Below are positions 49,906 through 59,618 of a stretch of DNA of 64,000 nucleotides, in pieces. Position 1 is the first letter of the stretch; each line of letters opens with the position of its first letter. The position numbers and the translations under genes are program-made. The DNA comes from Geopsychrobacteraceae bacterium (lineage in GTDB: Bacteria > Desulfobacterota > Desulfuromonadia > Desulfuromonadales > Geopsychrobacteraceae): positions 96,001 to 160,000 of the forward strand of contig CAXXTB010000001.1 in assembly GCA_963676795.2 (NCBI GenBank), read 5' to 3'. The notes under the pieces were generated by a model. The model was given only the letters and a program-made list of their open reading frames with translations. It was not told where the DNA came from and searched no databases.

Positions 49906-51817
49906 GCGGGGCACTCTCCATCGCACCCCCGCCCTCAATTGCCTGTGGCTCCGGCTCCGGTTCCTGGTACTCCCTGACCCTGCCGTTATAAAACTGGAGC
50001 AGGTAGAGCTGCTTGAGCGACTCACCGCCTAAGGCAAAGCCGGTTGTCCCGGTCACTCCCTGAAACTCTTCGCTTCCGGCCAGCCGCTGACGCAGATCCT
50101 CACGGCTGTTCAGGCCCGGATCGGAGCAGGCCTCGAACATCAGCATGCCACTGTCAAAAGCCTGGGCAGCAAGGATCGATGGATCGTCACGATAGACCTG
50201 CCGGTAAAGATCCTCGAAACGCTGGACCTCCGGACGACTGCTGCCGGCGAAAAAGGCATCGACAAAGACAGCATCCCTGAGAAAGCGCCCCGCCTTTTTC
50301 CCCAGCTCCGCCGAGTTCCAACCGTTGATGCCGAGCAGGGTACGATCTTTCAATCCGTAAAAAACCAGTTGAGGGGCCAGCAGCTCCAGCTTGTCGGCAT
50401 AATCGGGGATGAACAGCGCGTCGAAAGGCGGCTCCGGGTACTCTTCAGCCTCCGGATCATTGGTTTCAAGCGCTTCGAGCATCTCAGGAGTCATGTGGAT
50501 CAGATCATAGATCTGCTGTTTGAAATCGGTCACGTCATCCGGGTAACTGGAGATGTCAACGATCTCCCCTCCGGTCATGAGCACTTCACCGATAAACAGA
50601 TCGGTCATGGTCACACCGAGGGTTGTCTGCGGATAGAGAATGGAAAAACGGGTCTTGCCGTGCGCCAGAGCAAAGGCGATCAGCGCCTGAACCTGATGGC
50701 GGGGTGTCAGACTGTCGCGGAAGATATAATCGCCGGTCTCGGGAATCCCCTGGGCCTGGGCCAGACTAAGCATCGGGATCATCTCGGCCTGGGCACGCTC
50801 GGCCGCCGGAACGGCATTGGCCTTGAGTAGCGGCCCGATGATACCGATGACCTGCTTCTCATTGACCAGGCGGCTGACGATATTTGCAGGAGATTCCCCC
50901 TTGGCCGTGTCCTCAAAAGTCAGCGTCACCTTAAGCGGATGACTGCGGTTGAATTCCGTCTGGGCCAGCTCCAACCCCTTTTTCAACTGGTCGCCATAGG
51001 CCGCATAGCGGCCGCTCAGGGGCAACATGACACCGACCGTATCCCGCCGCACCCCGAAGAGCGGTGCTTCGACATCGAGCAGGCGAGTCGCTTCATACCA
51101 GTAAGGGAACGATGTCCGGGTCGCAAAGATCTGCCTGGCGTAGTTGCGCGCTTCGGCATAACGCTGACGGGCAAATGCCCGACGGGCGAGCTGGAGCAAT
51201 GCGTCCTGGCCGATTTCGCTGTTTTTCCAGAGAAAGGCCGCTTCGTCCAGATCGCTGTCAGACATCCTGTCCTGAAGCAGGCGATGAGCCTGCTGAAGAA
51301 TGGTGGCCCGATTGGAACTGATCGGCAACTGCTGCTGAAGGTAATAGAGCGCCAGCAGCGGCTGGCGGATATTCTGGGCCGCACTGGAGAGAGTCTGATA
51401 AAGCGTAAGCTGATCCTCTGCCGACAGGGGCTGCTGAATCAGCGGCTGCAGAACGTGAATGGCGTCAAGCGCCCGGTCATTCTCGAGCAGTAGTTCGCCA
51501 CGCAGCAGTTCATGACGGGAGGTCCGCAGTTCGGCGGGGACCTCCTCCAGAAGACTTAATGAAACCGGGAAATTGCCCTGAATCTGGTAGATGCGGGCAA
51601 CGAGCAGAACTCCGGCGGCATCGCCAGCGCTCAGAACCGGCTCACCGGCCAGCGGCTGGAGTAAACTCAGGGCTTCCGTGTAGCGTCCGGCGGAGAAAAG
51701 CTCCTGACTCGTCTCAAGTTCGTACGAAGTCAGGAGCGCATAGCTGACGGAGAAGGAGCCTAGCAACAAGGTCAGTATCAGACAGAATTGTATTCCCAGT
51801 GAACGAACCCGCAGCAT
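49886..51817 (-). CDS. LppC/LpoA-like penicillin-binding protein activator (TPR + periplasmic binding fold)
   Basis: TPR-like N-terminal half; VGVMLPLSG, IIGPL, FDALFIPD. Confidence 0.75.
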   Translation of the reverse strand: MLRVRSLGIQFCLILTLLLGSFSVSYALLTSYELETSQELFSAGRYTEALSLLQPLAGEPVLSAGDAAGVLLVARIYQIQGNFPVSLSLLEEVPAELRTSRHELLRGELLLENDRALDAIHVLQPLIQQPLSAEDQLTLYQTLSSAAQNIRQPLLALYYLQQQLPISSNRATILQQAHRLLQDRMSDSDLDEAAFLWKNSEIGQDALLQLARRAFARQRYAEARNYARQIFATRTSFPYWYEATRLLDVEAPLFGVRRDTVGVMLPLSGRYAAYGDQLKKGLELAQTEFNRSHPLKVTLTFEDTAKGESPANIVSRLVNEKQVIGIIGPLLKANAVPAAERAQAEMIPMLSLAQAQGIPETGDYIFRDSLTPRHQVQALIAFALAHGKTRFSILYPQTTLGVTMTDLFIGEVLMTGGEIVDISSYPDDVTDFKQQIYDLIHMTPEMLEALETNDPEAEEYPEPPFDALFIPDYADKLELLAPQLVFYGLKDRTLLGINGWNSAELGKKAGRFLRDAVFVDAFFAGSSRPEVQRFEDLYRQVYRDDPSILAAQAFDSGMLMFEACSDPGLNSREDLRQRLAGSEEFQGVTGTTGFALGGESLKQLYLLQFYNGRVREYQEPEPEPQAIEGGGAMESAPLSPQNQ

Positions 51818-51873
51818 AGTTCCTCCGAAGACAGATCCGGATACCTGCTAGCTAAGGTATCTGGAAAAATTGA

Positions 51874-52992
51874 TCAATCAAACAGTTCCTTGACCTTGTC
51901 GAAGAAACCCTTCCCCTGAGGATGGATGTCTTCTCCGCCCTCCCTGGCAAACTCTTCGAGAAGTTCGCGCTGGCGGGCATTGAGTTTGGTCGGAACCTCG
52001 ACCTTGAGAATGACCAGCTGATCACCCCGGCCATAACCCTGCAGAGCGACAATCCCCTTGCCGGTCAGACGGAAAATCTTGCCGGTCTGTGTCCCCGCCG
52101 GAACCTTCAGATTGACCCGGCCTTCCAGGGTCGGTACTTCCAGATCACAGCCCAGGGCAGCCTGCACGAAAGAGACCGGAACCTCGCAGAGGATGTTCTG
52201 CCCTTCGCGCTGAAAAATCGGATGATCCTCAACATGGATCACAACATAAAGATCGCCCGGTGGTCCGCCGTGGGCTCCGGCTTCACCTTCGCCGCTGAGC
52301 TTGAGCCGGGTTCCGGTTTCGACACCGGCCGGGACCTTGAGCGACATACTGCGCTTCTGCTTGATCAGACCGGATCCCTTACAGTCAGGGCAGGGATCCT
52401 TGATGATCTTCCCTTCACCTCGACAGTCGGGACAGGGGCGGGTCATGGTGAAAAAGCCCTGTTGATAACGGACCTGCCCGGCTCCACGACAGGTGCTGCA
52501 GGCCTGTGCCTCGGTACCGGGGCGGGCGCCGCTGCCGTTACAGGTTTCACAGGTTTGCTTGCGCGGCAGCTGCAGTTTCTTTTCGACCCCGAAGGCCGCT
52601 TCTTCGAAACTGATGGTCAGATTGTAGCGCAGATCGTCACCGCGCTGGCCACGGCTACCACGACGTGAGCCACCACCGAAGATATCGCCGAAGATATCGC
52701 CGAAGATATCTTCGAATCCACCACCGCCGAAATCGAAACCGCCACCGGAAAAGCCAGCGCCGGCCCCATTGATACCGGCATGGCCGAACTGATCGTAAGT
52801 TGCCCGCTTCTGTGAATCGGACAGAACGGAGTAGGCCTCCGTCAGCTCCTTGAACTTATCCTCGGCAGCCTTGTCCCCGGGATTCTTGTCGGGATGATAT
52901 TTTATCGCAAGTTTACGATAGGCTTTCTTGATTTCGGTTTCACTGGCGTTCCGGTTGACTTCCAGAACCTCGTAATAATCGCGCTTAGACAA
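51874..52992 (-). CDS. dnaJ: Chaperone DnaJ
   Basis: J-domain HPD, G/F region and four CxxCxGxG repeats. Confidence 0.99.
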   Translation of the reverse strand: MSKRDYYEVLEVNRNASETEIKKAYRKLAIKYHPDKNPGDKAAEDKFKELTEAYSVLSDSQKRATYDQFGHAGINGAGAGFSGGGFDFGGGGFEDIFGDIFGDIFGGGSRRGSRGQRGDDLRYNLTISFEEAAFGVEKKLQLPRKQTCETCNGSGARPGTEAQACSTCRGAGQVRYQQGFFTMTRPCPDCRGEGKIIKDPCPDCKGSGLIKQKRSMSLKVPAGVETGTRLKLSGEGEAGAHGGPPGDLYVVIHVEDHPIFQREGQNILCEVPVSFVQAALGCDLEVPTLEGRVNLKVPAGTQTGKIFRLTGKGIVALQGYGRGDQLVILKVEVPTKLNARQRELLEEFAREGGEDIHPQGKGFFDKVKELFD

Positions 52993-53042
52993 AGTTTTAA
53001 GTCCTGATCAGGTAAGAACAGCTACCGGATCGCTCCGCTAGC

Positions 53043-53221
53043 TGGTTTTCATCCGGAAACGGCTCTTTTCCACTGTGACGGCGTCAATCTGCGGGCTCGT
53101 TTGTGCGGCGTAAACACTACGCCTCCGCACTCCCCCTTGATTTCCTTGCCACAACGAAAAATTTCTCGTTTCCAATCTGAAAACTTACGCGTTGCCATCC
53201 GGAAATTCCGGATGGCAACTT
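53043..53221 (-). mobile_element. Family B MITE-like element, copy 3 (inverted), between dnaK and dnaJ
   Basis: Reverse complement of the 28776 element, including the terminal palindrome GTTGCCATCCGGA-AAT-TCCGGATGGCAAC. Confidence 0.75.
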
Positions 53222-53247
53222 GCTGAGAATGTTACAATCCAGCGGTG

Positions 53248-55143
53248 TTATTTCTTGTCGTCGACGTCTTCAAACTCGGCATCGACAACATCAGTATCCG
53301 CGGCGGCATCGCCAGCGGCAGCTTCACCACCTTCGTTCTGGGCCTGGGCGTACATCATCTCGGCCAGCTTGTGAGATGCCTGGGCCAGCGCCTCGCTCTT
53401 GGCCTTGATCTCTTCAGAATCTTCACCTTCAATCGCCTTCTTGAGGGCATCGAGAGCGTCCTGAATCTGGTTCTTGGTCGCGCTGTCGAGTTTCTCGCCA
53501 TGCTCTTTGAGCGATTTCTCGGTGGTGTAGGCCAGACCGTCAGCCTGATTGCGGGCTTCGATCAGCTCACGCTTTTTCTTGTCTTCTCCGGCGTGGGCCT
53601 CGGCATCCTTGACCATGCGCTCGATCTCGTCTTCGGAAAGACCGGAGGATGCAGTAATCTGGATCGACTGCTCCTTGCCGGTGCCGAGATCCTTGGCCGA
53701 AACGTGGAGGATGCCGTTGGCATCGATGTCAAAGGTAACCTCGATCTGCGGAACACCGCGAGGGGCCGCAGGAATACCGACCAGCTCAAAGTTGCCAATG
53801 GTCTTGTTGCCGGAAGCCATTTCACGCTCGCCCTGCAGAACATGGACGGAAACAGCTGGCTGGTTGTCAGCGGCAGTCGAGAAGACCTGGCTCTTCTTGC
53901 AAGGCACGGTGGTATTCTTCTCGATCAGCTTGGTCATGACGCCACCCAGAGTTTCGATACCGAGGGACAGCGGGGTGACGTCGAGGAGCAGAACGTCCTT
54001 GACGTCGCCGGTCAGAACACCGCCCTGGATAGCGGCACCGATGGCAACAACCTCGTCAGGGTTGACGCCCTTGTTCGGAGTCTTGCCGAAGATCTCCTTG
54101 ACGCGCTCCTGAACGGCCGGCATGCGGGTCATACCACCGACCAGGATAACCTCGTTGATGTCACTGGCGGACAGGCCGGCGTCCTTAAGGGCGGTCTTGC
54201 ATGGCGCAACCAGTTTCTCGAGCAGTTCGGCACAGATGCTTTCCAGCTTGGCGCGGGACAGCTTGATGTTCATGTGCTTCGGACCCGACTGGTCAGCAGT
54301 GATGAACGGCAGATTGATGTCGGTTTCCATCGAAGAGGACAGTTCGCACTTGGCCTTTTCGGCAGCTTCCTTGAGGCGCTGGAGGGCCATCTTGTCGCCG
54401 CGCAGATCAATCCCCTGATCCTTTTTGAACTCGTCGGCAACGTAGTCAATGATGCGCTGGTCGAAGTCTTCACCACCGAGGAAGGTGTCCCCGTTGGTCG
54501 ACTTGACTTCGAAGACGCCGTCACCCAGGTCGAGGATGGAAACGTCAAAGGTACCGCCACCAAGGTCAAATACGGCGATGGTCATCTCGTTCTTCTTGTC
54601 GAGACCGTAAGCCAGGGATGCTGCAGTCGGCTCGTTGATGATGCGCAGAACATTCAGACCTGCGATCTTGCCTGCGTCCTTGGTGGCCTGACGCTGGGAA
54701 TCGTTGAAGTAGGCCGGAACGGTAATAACCGCGTCGGTGACCTTCTCACCCAGGTAGTCTTCAGCGGTCTGCTTCATCTTCTGCAGGATCATCGCCGAGA
54801 TCTCCGGGGCACTGTACTGCTTGTCGCGCACCGAAACCCAGGCATCACCGTTGTCAGCTTCGATAATTTTGAACGGGCTGATGGAGATGTCTTTCTTGAC
54901 CGCGTCAGAATTGAACTTGCGGCCGATCAGACGCTTGATAGCAAACAGGGTGTTTTCCGGGTTGGTGACAGCCTGACGCTTGGCCTGCTGACCAACAAGA
55001 CGCTCACCGCTGTCGGAAAAGGCGACCATCGACGGAGTGGTCCGTGCGCCTTCAGCGTTGGCAATAACAACCGGCTCGCCGCCTTCCATAACCGCGACAC
55101 AGGAGTTGGTTGTACCTAAATCGATACCGATAACTTTACCCAT
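53248..55143 (-). CDS. dnaK: Chaperone DnaK
   Basis: [25 protein letters not shown]. Confidence 0.99.
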   Translation of the reverse strand: MGKVIGIDLGTTNSCVAVMEGGEPVVIANAEGARTTPSMVAFSDSGERLVGQQAKRQAVTNPENTLFAIKRLIGRKFNSDAVKKDISISPFKIIEADNGDAWVSVRDKQYSAPEISAMILQKMKQTAEDYLGEKVTDAVITVPAYFNDSQRQATKDAGKIAGLNVLRIINEPTAASLAYGLDKKNEMTIAVFDLGGGTFDVSILDLGDGVFEVKSTNGDTFLGGEDFDQRIIDYVADEFKKDQGIDLRGDKMALQRLKEAAEKAKCELSSSMETDINLPFITADQSGPKHMNIKLSRAKLESICAELLEKLVAPCKTALKDAGLSASDINEVILVGGMTRMPAVQERVKEIFGKTPNKGVNPDEVVAIGAAIQGGVLTGDVKDVLLLDVTPLSLGIETLGGVMTKLIEKNTTVPCKKSQVFSTAADNQPAVSVHVLQGEREMASGNKTIGNFELVGIPAAPRGVPQIEVTFDIDANGILHVSAKDLGTGKEQSIQITASSGLSEDEIERMVKDAEAHAGEDKKKRELIEARNQADGLAYTTEKSLKEHGEKLDSATKNQIQDALDALKKAIEGEDSEEIKAKSEALAQASHKLAEMMYAQAQNEGGEAAAGDAAADTDVVDAEFEDVDDKK

Positions 55144-55178
55144 TCTCTAAGTCCTCCTTTGAGACCTTGTTCTAACTT

Positions 55179-55793
55179 TTATTCTTCGTCAGTTTTTTCG
55201 TTGTCTTCGTTCTGAGCTGCAGCTGGCGCCTTGGCGATCATGACGAAAGCCGGACGCAACAGGCGGCCGTTGAGCTGGTAGCCTTTCTGCATCTGCTGAA
55301 CAACCGTATTGACCGGCAGGTCGGACTCGATCTGCCCCATAGCCTGATGCAGATTTGGATCGAACATCTGCCCCTGCGCATCGACCGGAACCACACCAAA
55401 GCGTTCGATGACCTGAGAGAACTGGACGAGGGTCATCTGGACCCCTTCCAGCAGACCGCTGTCACTCGTCTCGCTCACTGTGGCATGCTCCACGGCACGC
55501 TCCAGGTTATCGATAACCGGCAGGATCTCTTTGATAATATTTTCGTTGGCAAATTTGGAGAGTTCCTCTTTTTCGCGCTGGGTCCTCTTGCGCAGGTTCT
55601 CCATGTCAGCCAGTGTCCGCAGATAGCGCTCATGATGCCCCTTGGCTTCATCCTGGGCCTGAGTCAACTCGGAACGCAGCTGATCCTCCGGCGACATCTC
55701 CTCCGCATCGCAGACCTCCGCTGTTGCCGCCTGCTCCTCGCCAACAACGTCCTTTTGCTCTTCAGATTCTTGCTGTTCTGTTTTCTTGCCCAC
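55179..55793 (-). CDS. grpE: Nucleotide exchange factor GrpE
   Basis: ADMENLRKR, DNLERA, FDPNLHQAM, GYQLNGRLLRPA. Confidence 0.97.
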   Translation of the reverse strand: MGKKTEQQESEEQKDVVGEEQAATAEVCDAEEMSPEDQLRSELTQAQDEAKGHHERYLRTLADMENLRKRTQREKEELSKFANENIIKEILPVIDNLERAVEHATVSETSDSGLLEGVQMTLVQFSQVIERFGVVPVDAQGQMFDPNLHQAMGQIESDLPVNTVVQQMQKGYQLNGRLLRPAFVMIAKAPAAAQNEDNEKTDEE

Positions 55794-55817
55794 CTTTGTG
55801 TAACTCCTTTTAAAGAT

Positions 55818-56858
55818 TTATTCGAGATCGCGATCAAGAACCCGGCTGAGCAGCTGGGCGGTAAAATCGACGATCGGGATAACTTTTGAATAATCCATGC
55901 GCATCGGCCCGATAACGCCGAGCGTTCCGACCACACCTTTGGGATTTGAATAACTTGAGGTCACCAGGCTGCAGCCTTCCAGCTCGGCTTGACGACTCTC
56001 GCTACCGATAAAGATCTGTACTCCTTGCGCCTGCTGACTGCGATCAAGCAGATCGATCAGCAGCTGCTTGCTCTCCAGGGTCTGAATCAGCCGTTTCATC
56101 GACTGGGGCGTCGCGAACTCAGGCTGCTCCAGCATTAGCGAAGCACCGGAGACATAAATCTGGTTGACCACCTCATCCTGGAGCGCAACCCTGCTGAGAC
56201 TCAGGGCGTTCTTGCGCATCTCATCGAAACGGACCCGCTCCTCCTTCAGCTCGTCCTCCAGCTTGCTGCGAACCTGGCTGATGGTCAGGCCGTTCAGCTC
56301 CTGATTGAGAAAGTTACTGATCTGCTCAAGCTGCTGCTGAGACAGATCCTCAGCGACTTCGATCACCTTGTTCTGAACCAGCCCGCTCTCGGATACATAA
56401 ATGACCAGCAGCTGCCCACGGGAGAGACGCAGAAACTCCATCTGGCGGAAAACGGTCGAGGTAAACTTTGGCGCCATGACCAAACCGGCGTACTTCGACA
56501 GCCCGGACAGAACACGGCCGACTTCCGGCATGATCTCTTCCATCTTCATGCCGTTGAAGCGGTAATTCTTCTGCAGCTCCTGCTTTTCCCGCGGACTCAA
56601 GTCACGGATCTGCAGCAGCGAGTCGATATAGTACTGAAAGCCCTTCTCAGTAGGAATCCGACCGGCGGAGGTATGCGGCGAACACAAAAAACCCATCTCC
56701 TCTAGGTCGGCCATAACGTTGCGGACAGACGCGGGAGAAAGGTTAAAACTGTGTCTCCGGGTGATAGCACGGCTACCGACCGGTTCAGCGGAAACAATAT
56801 AGTCTTCGACGATTGCTTCCAGAATATTCTGGCTTCGCTCTGATAACTCTTCAGCCAT
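55818..56858 (-). CDS. hrcA: Heat-inducible transcription repressor HrcA
   Basis: EPVGS, SPASVRNVMADLEEMG, PHTSAGRIPT, GVIGPMRMDY. Confidence 0.98.
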   Translation of the reverse strand: MAEELSERSQNILEAIVEDYIVSAEPVGSRAITRRHSFNLSPASVRNVMADLEEMGFLCSPHTSAGRIPTEKGFQYYIDSLLQIRDLSPREKQELQKNYRFNGMKMEEIMPEVGRVLSGLSKYAGLVMAPKFTSTVFRQMEFLRLSRGQLLVIYVSESGLVQNKVIEVAEDLSQQQLEQISNFLNQELNGLTISQVRSKLEDELKEERVRFDEMRKNALSLSRVALQDEVVNQIYVSGASLMLEQPEFATPQSMKRLIQTLESKQLLIDLLDRSQQAQGVQIFIGSESRQAELEGCSLVTSSYSNPKGVVGTLGVIGPMRMDYSKVIPIVDFTAQLLSRVLDRDLE

Positions 56859-56894
56859 GACACGACTCCTGAAAAGACATGGCCCCAACTCACG

Positions 56895-56921
56895 TTAGCA
56901 CTCAATGGTCACGAGTGCTAA
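56895..56921. promoter_or_regulatory. CIRCE element (HrcA operator)
   Basis: Perfect TTAGCACTC-N9-GAGTGCTAA upstream of hrcA. Confidence 0.97.
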
Positions 56922-56926
56922 CAGGG

Positions 56927-56955
56927 AGACTAACAGTGACTCCAGCCTTTGTCAA
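56927..56955 (-). promoter_or_regulatory. Sigma70 promoter of the hrcA operon
   Basis: Minus strand TTGACA-N17-TAGTCT with an extended TG, immediately upstream of CIRCE. Confidence 0.7.
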
Positions 56956-57004
56956 GACTTTGCACTTGTTGCCGAAACTGAAGATTTGGTTAAAGGCGCT
57001 GAAA

Positions 57005-58141
57005 TTATGCAAGAAAATGGCTGACCAGGTGATCATAAATCAACCAGCCTGACAGTTTCAGCCGGACAGCCCCGTCCTCATAAACAAGATGTTCGCCAAT
57101 CGCCCCAAGTGCATCAGCAAATTCACTCTGGAAATCGGCGCCAAAACGTTTTTCAAAAGCCGCCAGGCCGACCCCGTCCCTGGTCCTCAAGGCCAGGTAG
57201 ACATATTCGCTCATCGCCTCGTCACGGCTGTGTTCTTCAAGCAGCAAGGCGGGGTTTTCACCGCGCGTGATTTTTTCACGGTATACGGCCAGGTCAGACG
57301 GAATCGCAAAGCGCTGTCCCCAGCCCTGCGCGCTGAAACCATGGGCACCGCAGCCGACGGCCAGACATCCGCGCTGCTGCCAGTAGACCTGATTGTGCCG
57401 GCAGCGAAACCCTGGCCGGGCGAAGTTCGAGATCTCATAGTGTTCATAACCGGCCGCTTCACCAAGCTGGTGCAGCAAACGATACTGCTCGACATAGAGA
57501 TCTTCATCGCAATCGGTCAGCTCTCCACGTTTATAACGTTCCCCGAACGGGGTCCCCTCCTCATAGGTCAGGCCGTAGAGACTCAAGTGCTCCGGCCGAA
57601 GATCAAACAGCGCGTTCGCCTGGCGGCGCAGATCGTCCAGATCCTGCCCCGGCAGGGCAAAGATCAGATCGAGGCTGATATTGGTAAAACCGGCCGAGCG
57701 GGCCTGACGATAGGAGTCTACCGCCTGAGCCGCCGAATGAATCCTGCCCAGGCGCTGCAGATGCCCATCGTCCAGGGCCTGAACCCCCAGCGACAGGCGA
57801 TTGACCCCGGCAGACCGATAAGCCGCCAGGTCCGCCCCAGCCAAAGTCCCGGGATTGGCCTCCAGGGTCACTTCGATATCCGCGGCAAAACCGAACAGCC
57901 TTTCTGTTGTCGCCAGCAACCCGGCAATCTGCGCAGCCGACAGGAGAGACGGCGTACCACCACCGAAAAATATCGTTTCCAACGGACCGCTCTGCGGATA
58001 TTCACGGCGCACCAGTTCAAGATGCCGATATAACAGGCGGCAATACTCCGCTATCTCGCCGTGACCGGCGACCTGAGAAAAGAAATCGCAATATGGACAC
58101 TTGCGCGAACAGAAGGGGATATGAGAATAGAGGCTCTTCAT
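57005..58141 (-). CDS. hemW: Radical SAM heme chaperone HemW
   Basis: HIPFCSRKCPYCDF, FGGGTPS, EANP, YEISNFA...HN; located upstream of hrcA. Confidence 0.9.
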   Translation of the reverse strand: MKSLYSHIPFCSRKCPYCDFFSQVAGHGEIAEYCRLLYRHLELVRREYPQSGPLETIFFGGGTPSLLSAAQIAGLLATTERLFGFAADIEVTLEANPGTLAGADLAAYRSAGVNRLSLGVQALDDGHLQRLGRIHSAAQAVDSYRQARSAGFTNISLDLIFALPGQDLDDLRRQANALFDLRPEHLSLYGLTYEEGTPFGERYKRGELTDCDEDLYVEQYRLLHQLGEAAGYEHYEISNFARPGFRCRHNQVYWQQRGCLAVGCGAHGFSAQGWGQRFAIPSDLAVYREKITRGENPALLLEEHSRDEAMSEYVYLALRTRDGVGLAAFEKRFGADFQSEFADALGAIGEHLVYEDGAVRLKLSGWLIYDHLVSHFLA

Positions 58142-58168
58142 TATCAAGGGGCCTTCAAACGGCAGGGA

Positions 58169-59455
58169 CTAGCCGCTCGTCAGGTTAAATTGTACGATAT
58201 AGATCAGCGCACCGGAAAAATAACCGATCAGCGCAAGCCAGCTGAGCTTCTTCATGTACCAGAAAAAGTGAATCCGTTCCAGCCCCATGGCAGCAACACC
58301 GGCAGCCGATCCGATGATCAGAATCGAGCCGCCGGTTCCGGCACAGTAGGCGAGAAATTCCCAGAGGAAACTGTCCTGAACATGCACACTCAAATCATAC
58401 ATCCCCATCGATGCAGCCACCAGCGGCACGTTGTCGACGATCGAGCTGATCATGCCGATAATCGCAATGATCACCCCCTGACTGCTGATCGTCTGCTCCA
58501 GCCACATGGCGACTGCCCTGAGAATATGGGTATGCTCCAGGGTCGCCACGGCCAGCAGGATGCCCACAAAAAAGACGATCGAAGCCATATCGATTTGAGC
58601 CAGGGCATGAACGGCTGTCAGGCCGTCCTTACCGTTCTCATCCTTATTGCGATGGACCAGCTCACCGACGGCCCAGAGAATGCCCAGACCGAACAGAATC
58701 CCCATAAAGGGGGGCAGGTGGGTCACCGTCTTGAATACCGGCACCATGACCAGGCTGCCGATACCGAGGACAAACATCAGGTTGCGCTCAAAGGGCGTTG
58801 TGGAGACGACATGCCGCCGTTCGACGAAGGTTGACGGAACAACCTGGCGGCCGCGGATCATGAAGGTGGTGACCAGCAGCGGAACCAGCAGATTGGCGAC
58901 CGAAGCGAGGAAAACAGCATGGAGAATATTCAGAGTACTGATCTGCCCGCCGATCCAGAGCATGGTTGTCGTCACGTCACCGATCGGCGACCAGGCGCCG
59001 CCGGCATTCGCCGCAATGACGATAATTCCGGCAAAAAACAGCCGATCCTCATGACTGTCCAGCAGCTTCTTCATCAGCGAGATCATAACGATCGTCGTGG
59101 TCAGATTGTCGAGCATGGCACTCAAAAAGAAGGTCACCCAGGCAACCATCCAGAGCAGCACGGTCTGCCTTTTGGTGGAAATCCTCGAGGTAATCACCTC
59201 AAAGCCGTTATGGGCGTCAACCAGCTCAACGATGGTCATGGCTCCGAGCAGAAAGAAGATTATCTGCGCCGTCTCGGAAAGACTTTCTCCCAACTGATGG
59301 GTCACCAGCAGATGATCTCCGGTCGCCAGCCCATAGACAGTCCACATCAGGCCGGCACCGAGCAGGGCTGCAGCGGATTTATTGACCCGCAAGGGATGTT
59401 CGAAAGCGATAGCCGCGTAGGCCACAACAAAGATAACAACCAGAAGGAGATGCAT
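58169..59455 (-). CDS. nhaD: NhaD-type Na+/H+ antiporter (paralog 2)
   Basis: LDNLTT, AANAGGAWSPIGDVTT, VDNVP, GGSILIIGSAAGV. Confidence 0.85.
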   Translation of the reverse strand: MHLLLVVIFVVAYAAIAFEHPLRVNKSAAALLGAGLMWTVYGLATGDHLLVTHQLGESLSETAQIIFFLLGAMTIVELVDAHNGFEVITSRISTKRQTVLLWMVAWVTFFLSAMLDNLTTTIVMISLMKKLLDSHEDRLFFAGIIVIAANAGGAWSPIGDVTTTMLWIGGQISTLNILHAVFLASVANLLVPLLVTTFMIRGRQVVPSTFVERRHVVSTTPFERNLMFVLGIGSLVMVPVFKTVTHLPPFMGILFGLGILWAVGELVHRNKDENGKDGLTAVHALAQIDMASIVFFVGILLAVATLEHTHILRAVAMWLEQTISSQGVIIAIIGMISSIVDNVPLVAASMGMYDLSVHVQDSFLWEFLAYCAGTGGSILIIGSAAGVAAMGLERIHFFWYMKKLSWLALIGYFSGALIYIVQFNLTSG

Positions 59456-59557
59456 AGAGAAGCCTCCAGCTTCGGGAAGAGATTGGCACCGATTATAGCA
59501 CGAAGACCCGTCAAAAGATCATTGAGTTATCTTGCCGTCATGATAGCGAGACTCAAT

Positions 59558-59596
59558 AAAAAAGCCCGGATGACCTACAGGCCATCCGGGCTTTTT
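59558..59596 (-). terminator. Intrinsic terminator between the two nhaD genes
   Basis: AAAAAAGCCCGGATG-N9-CATCCGGGCTTTTT. Confidence 0.85.
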
Positions 59597-59618
59597 GCTT
59601 CTTGCAACTTGCGCCGAT

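Noticed and set aside
53245..55119. 624-aa ORF antisense to dnaK
   Set aside because: This is the well-known shadow ORF produced by codon bias opposite dnaK; it has no independent SD or motifs.
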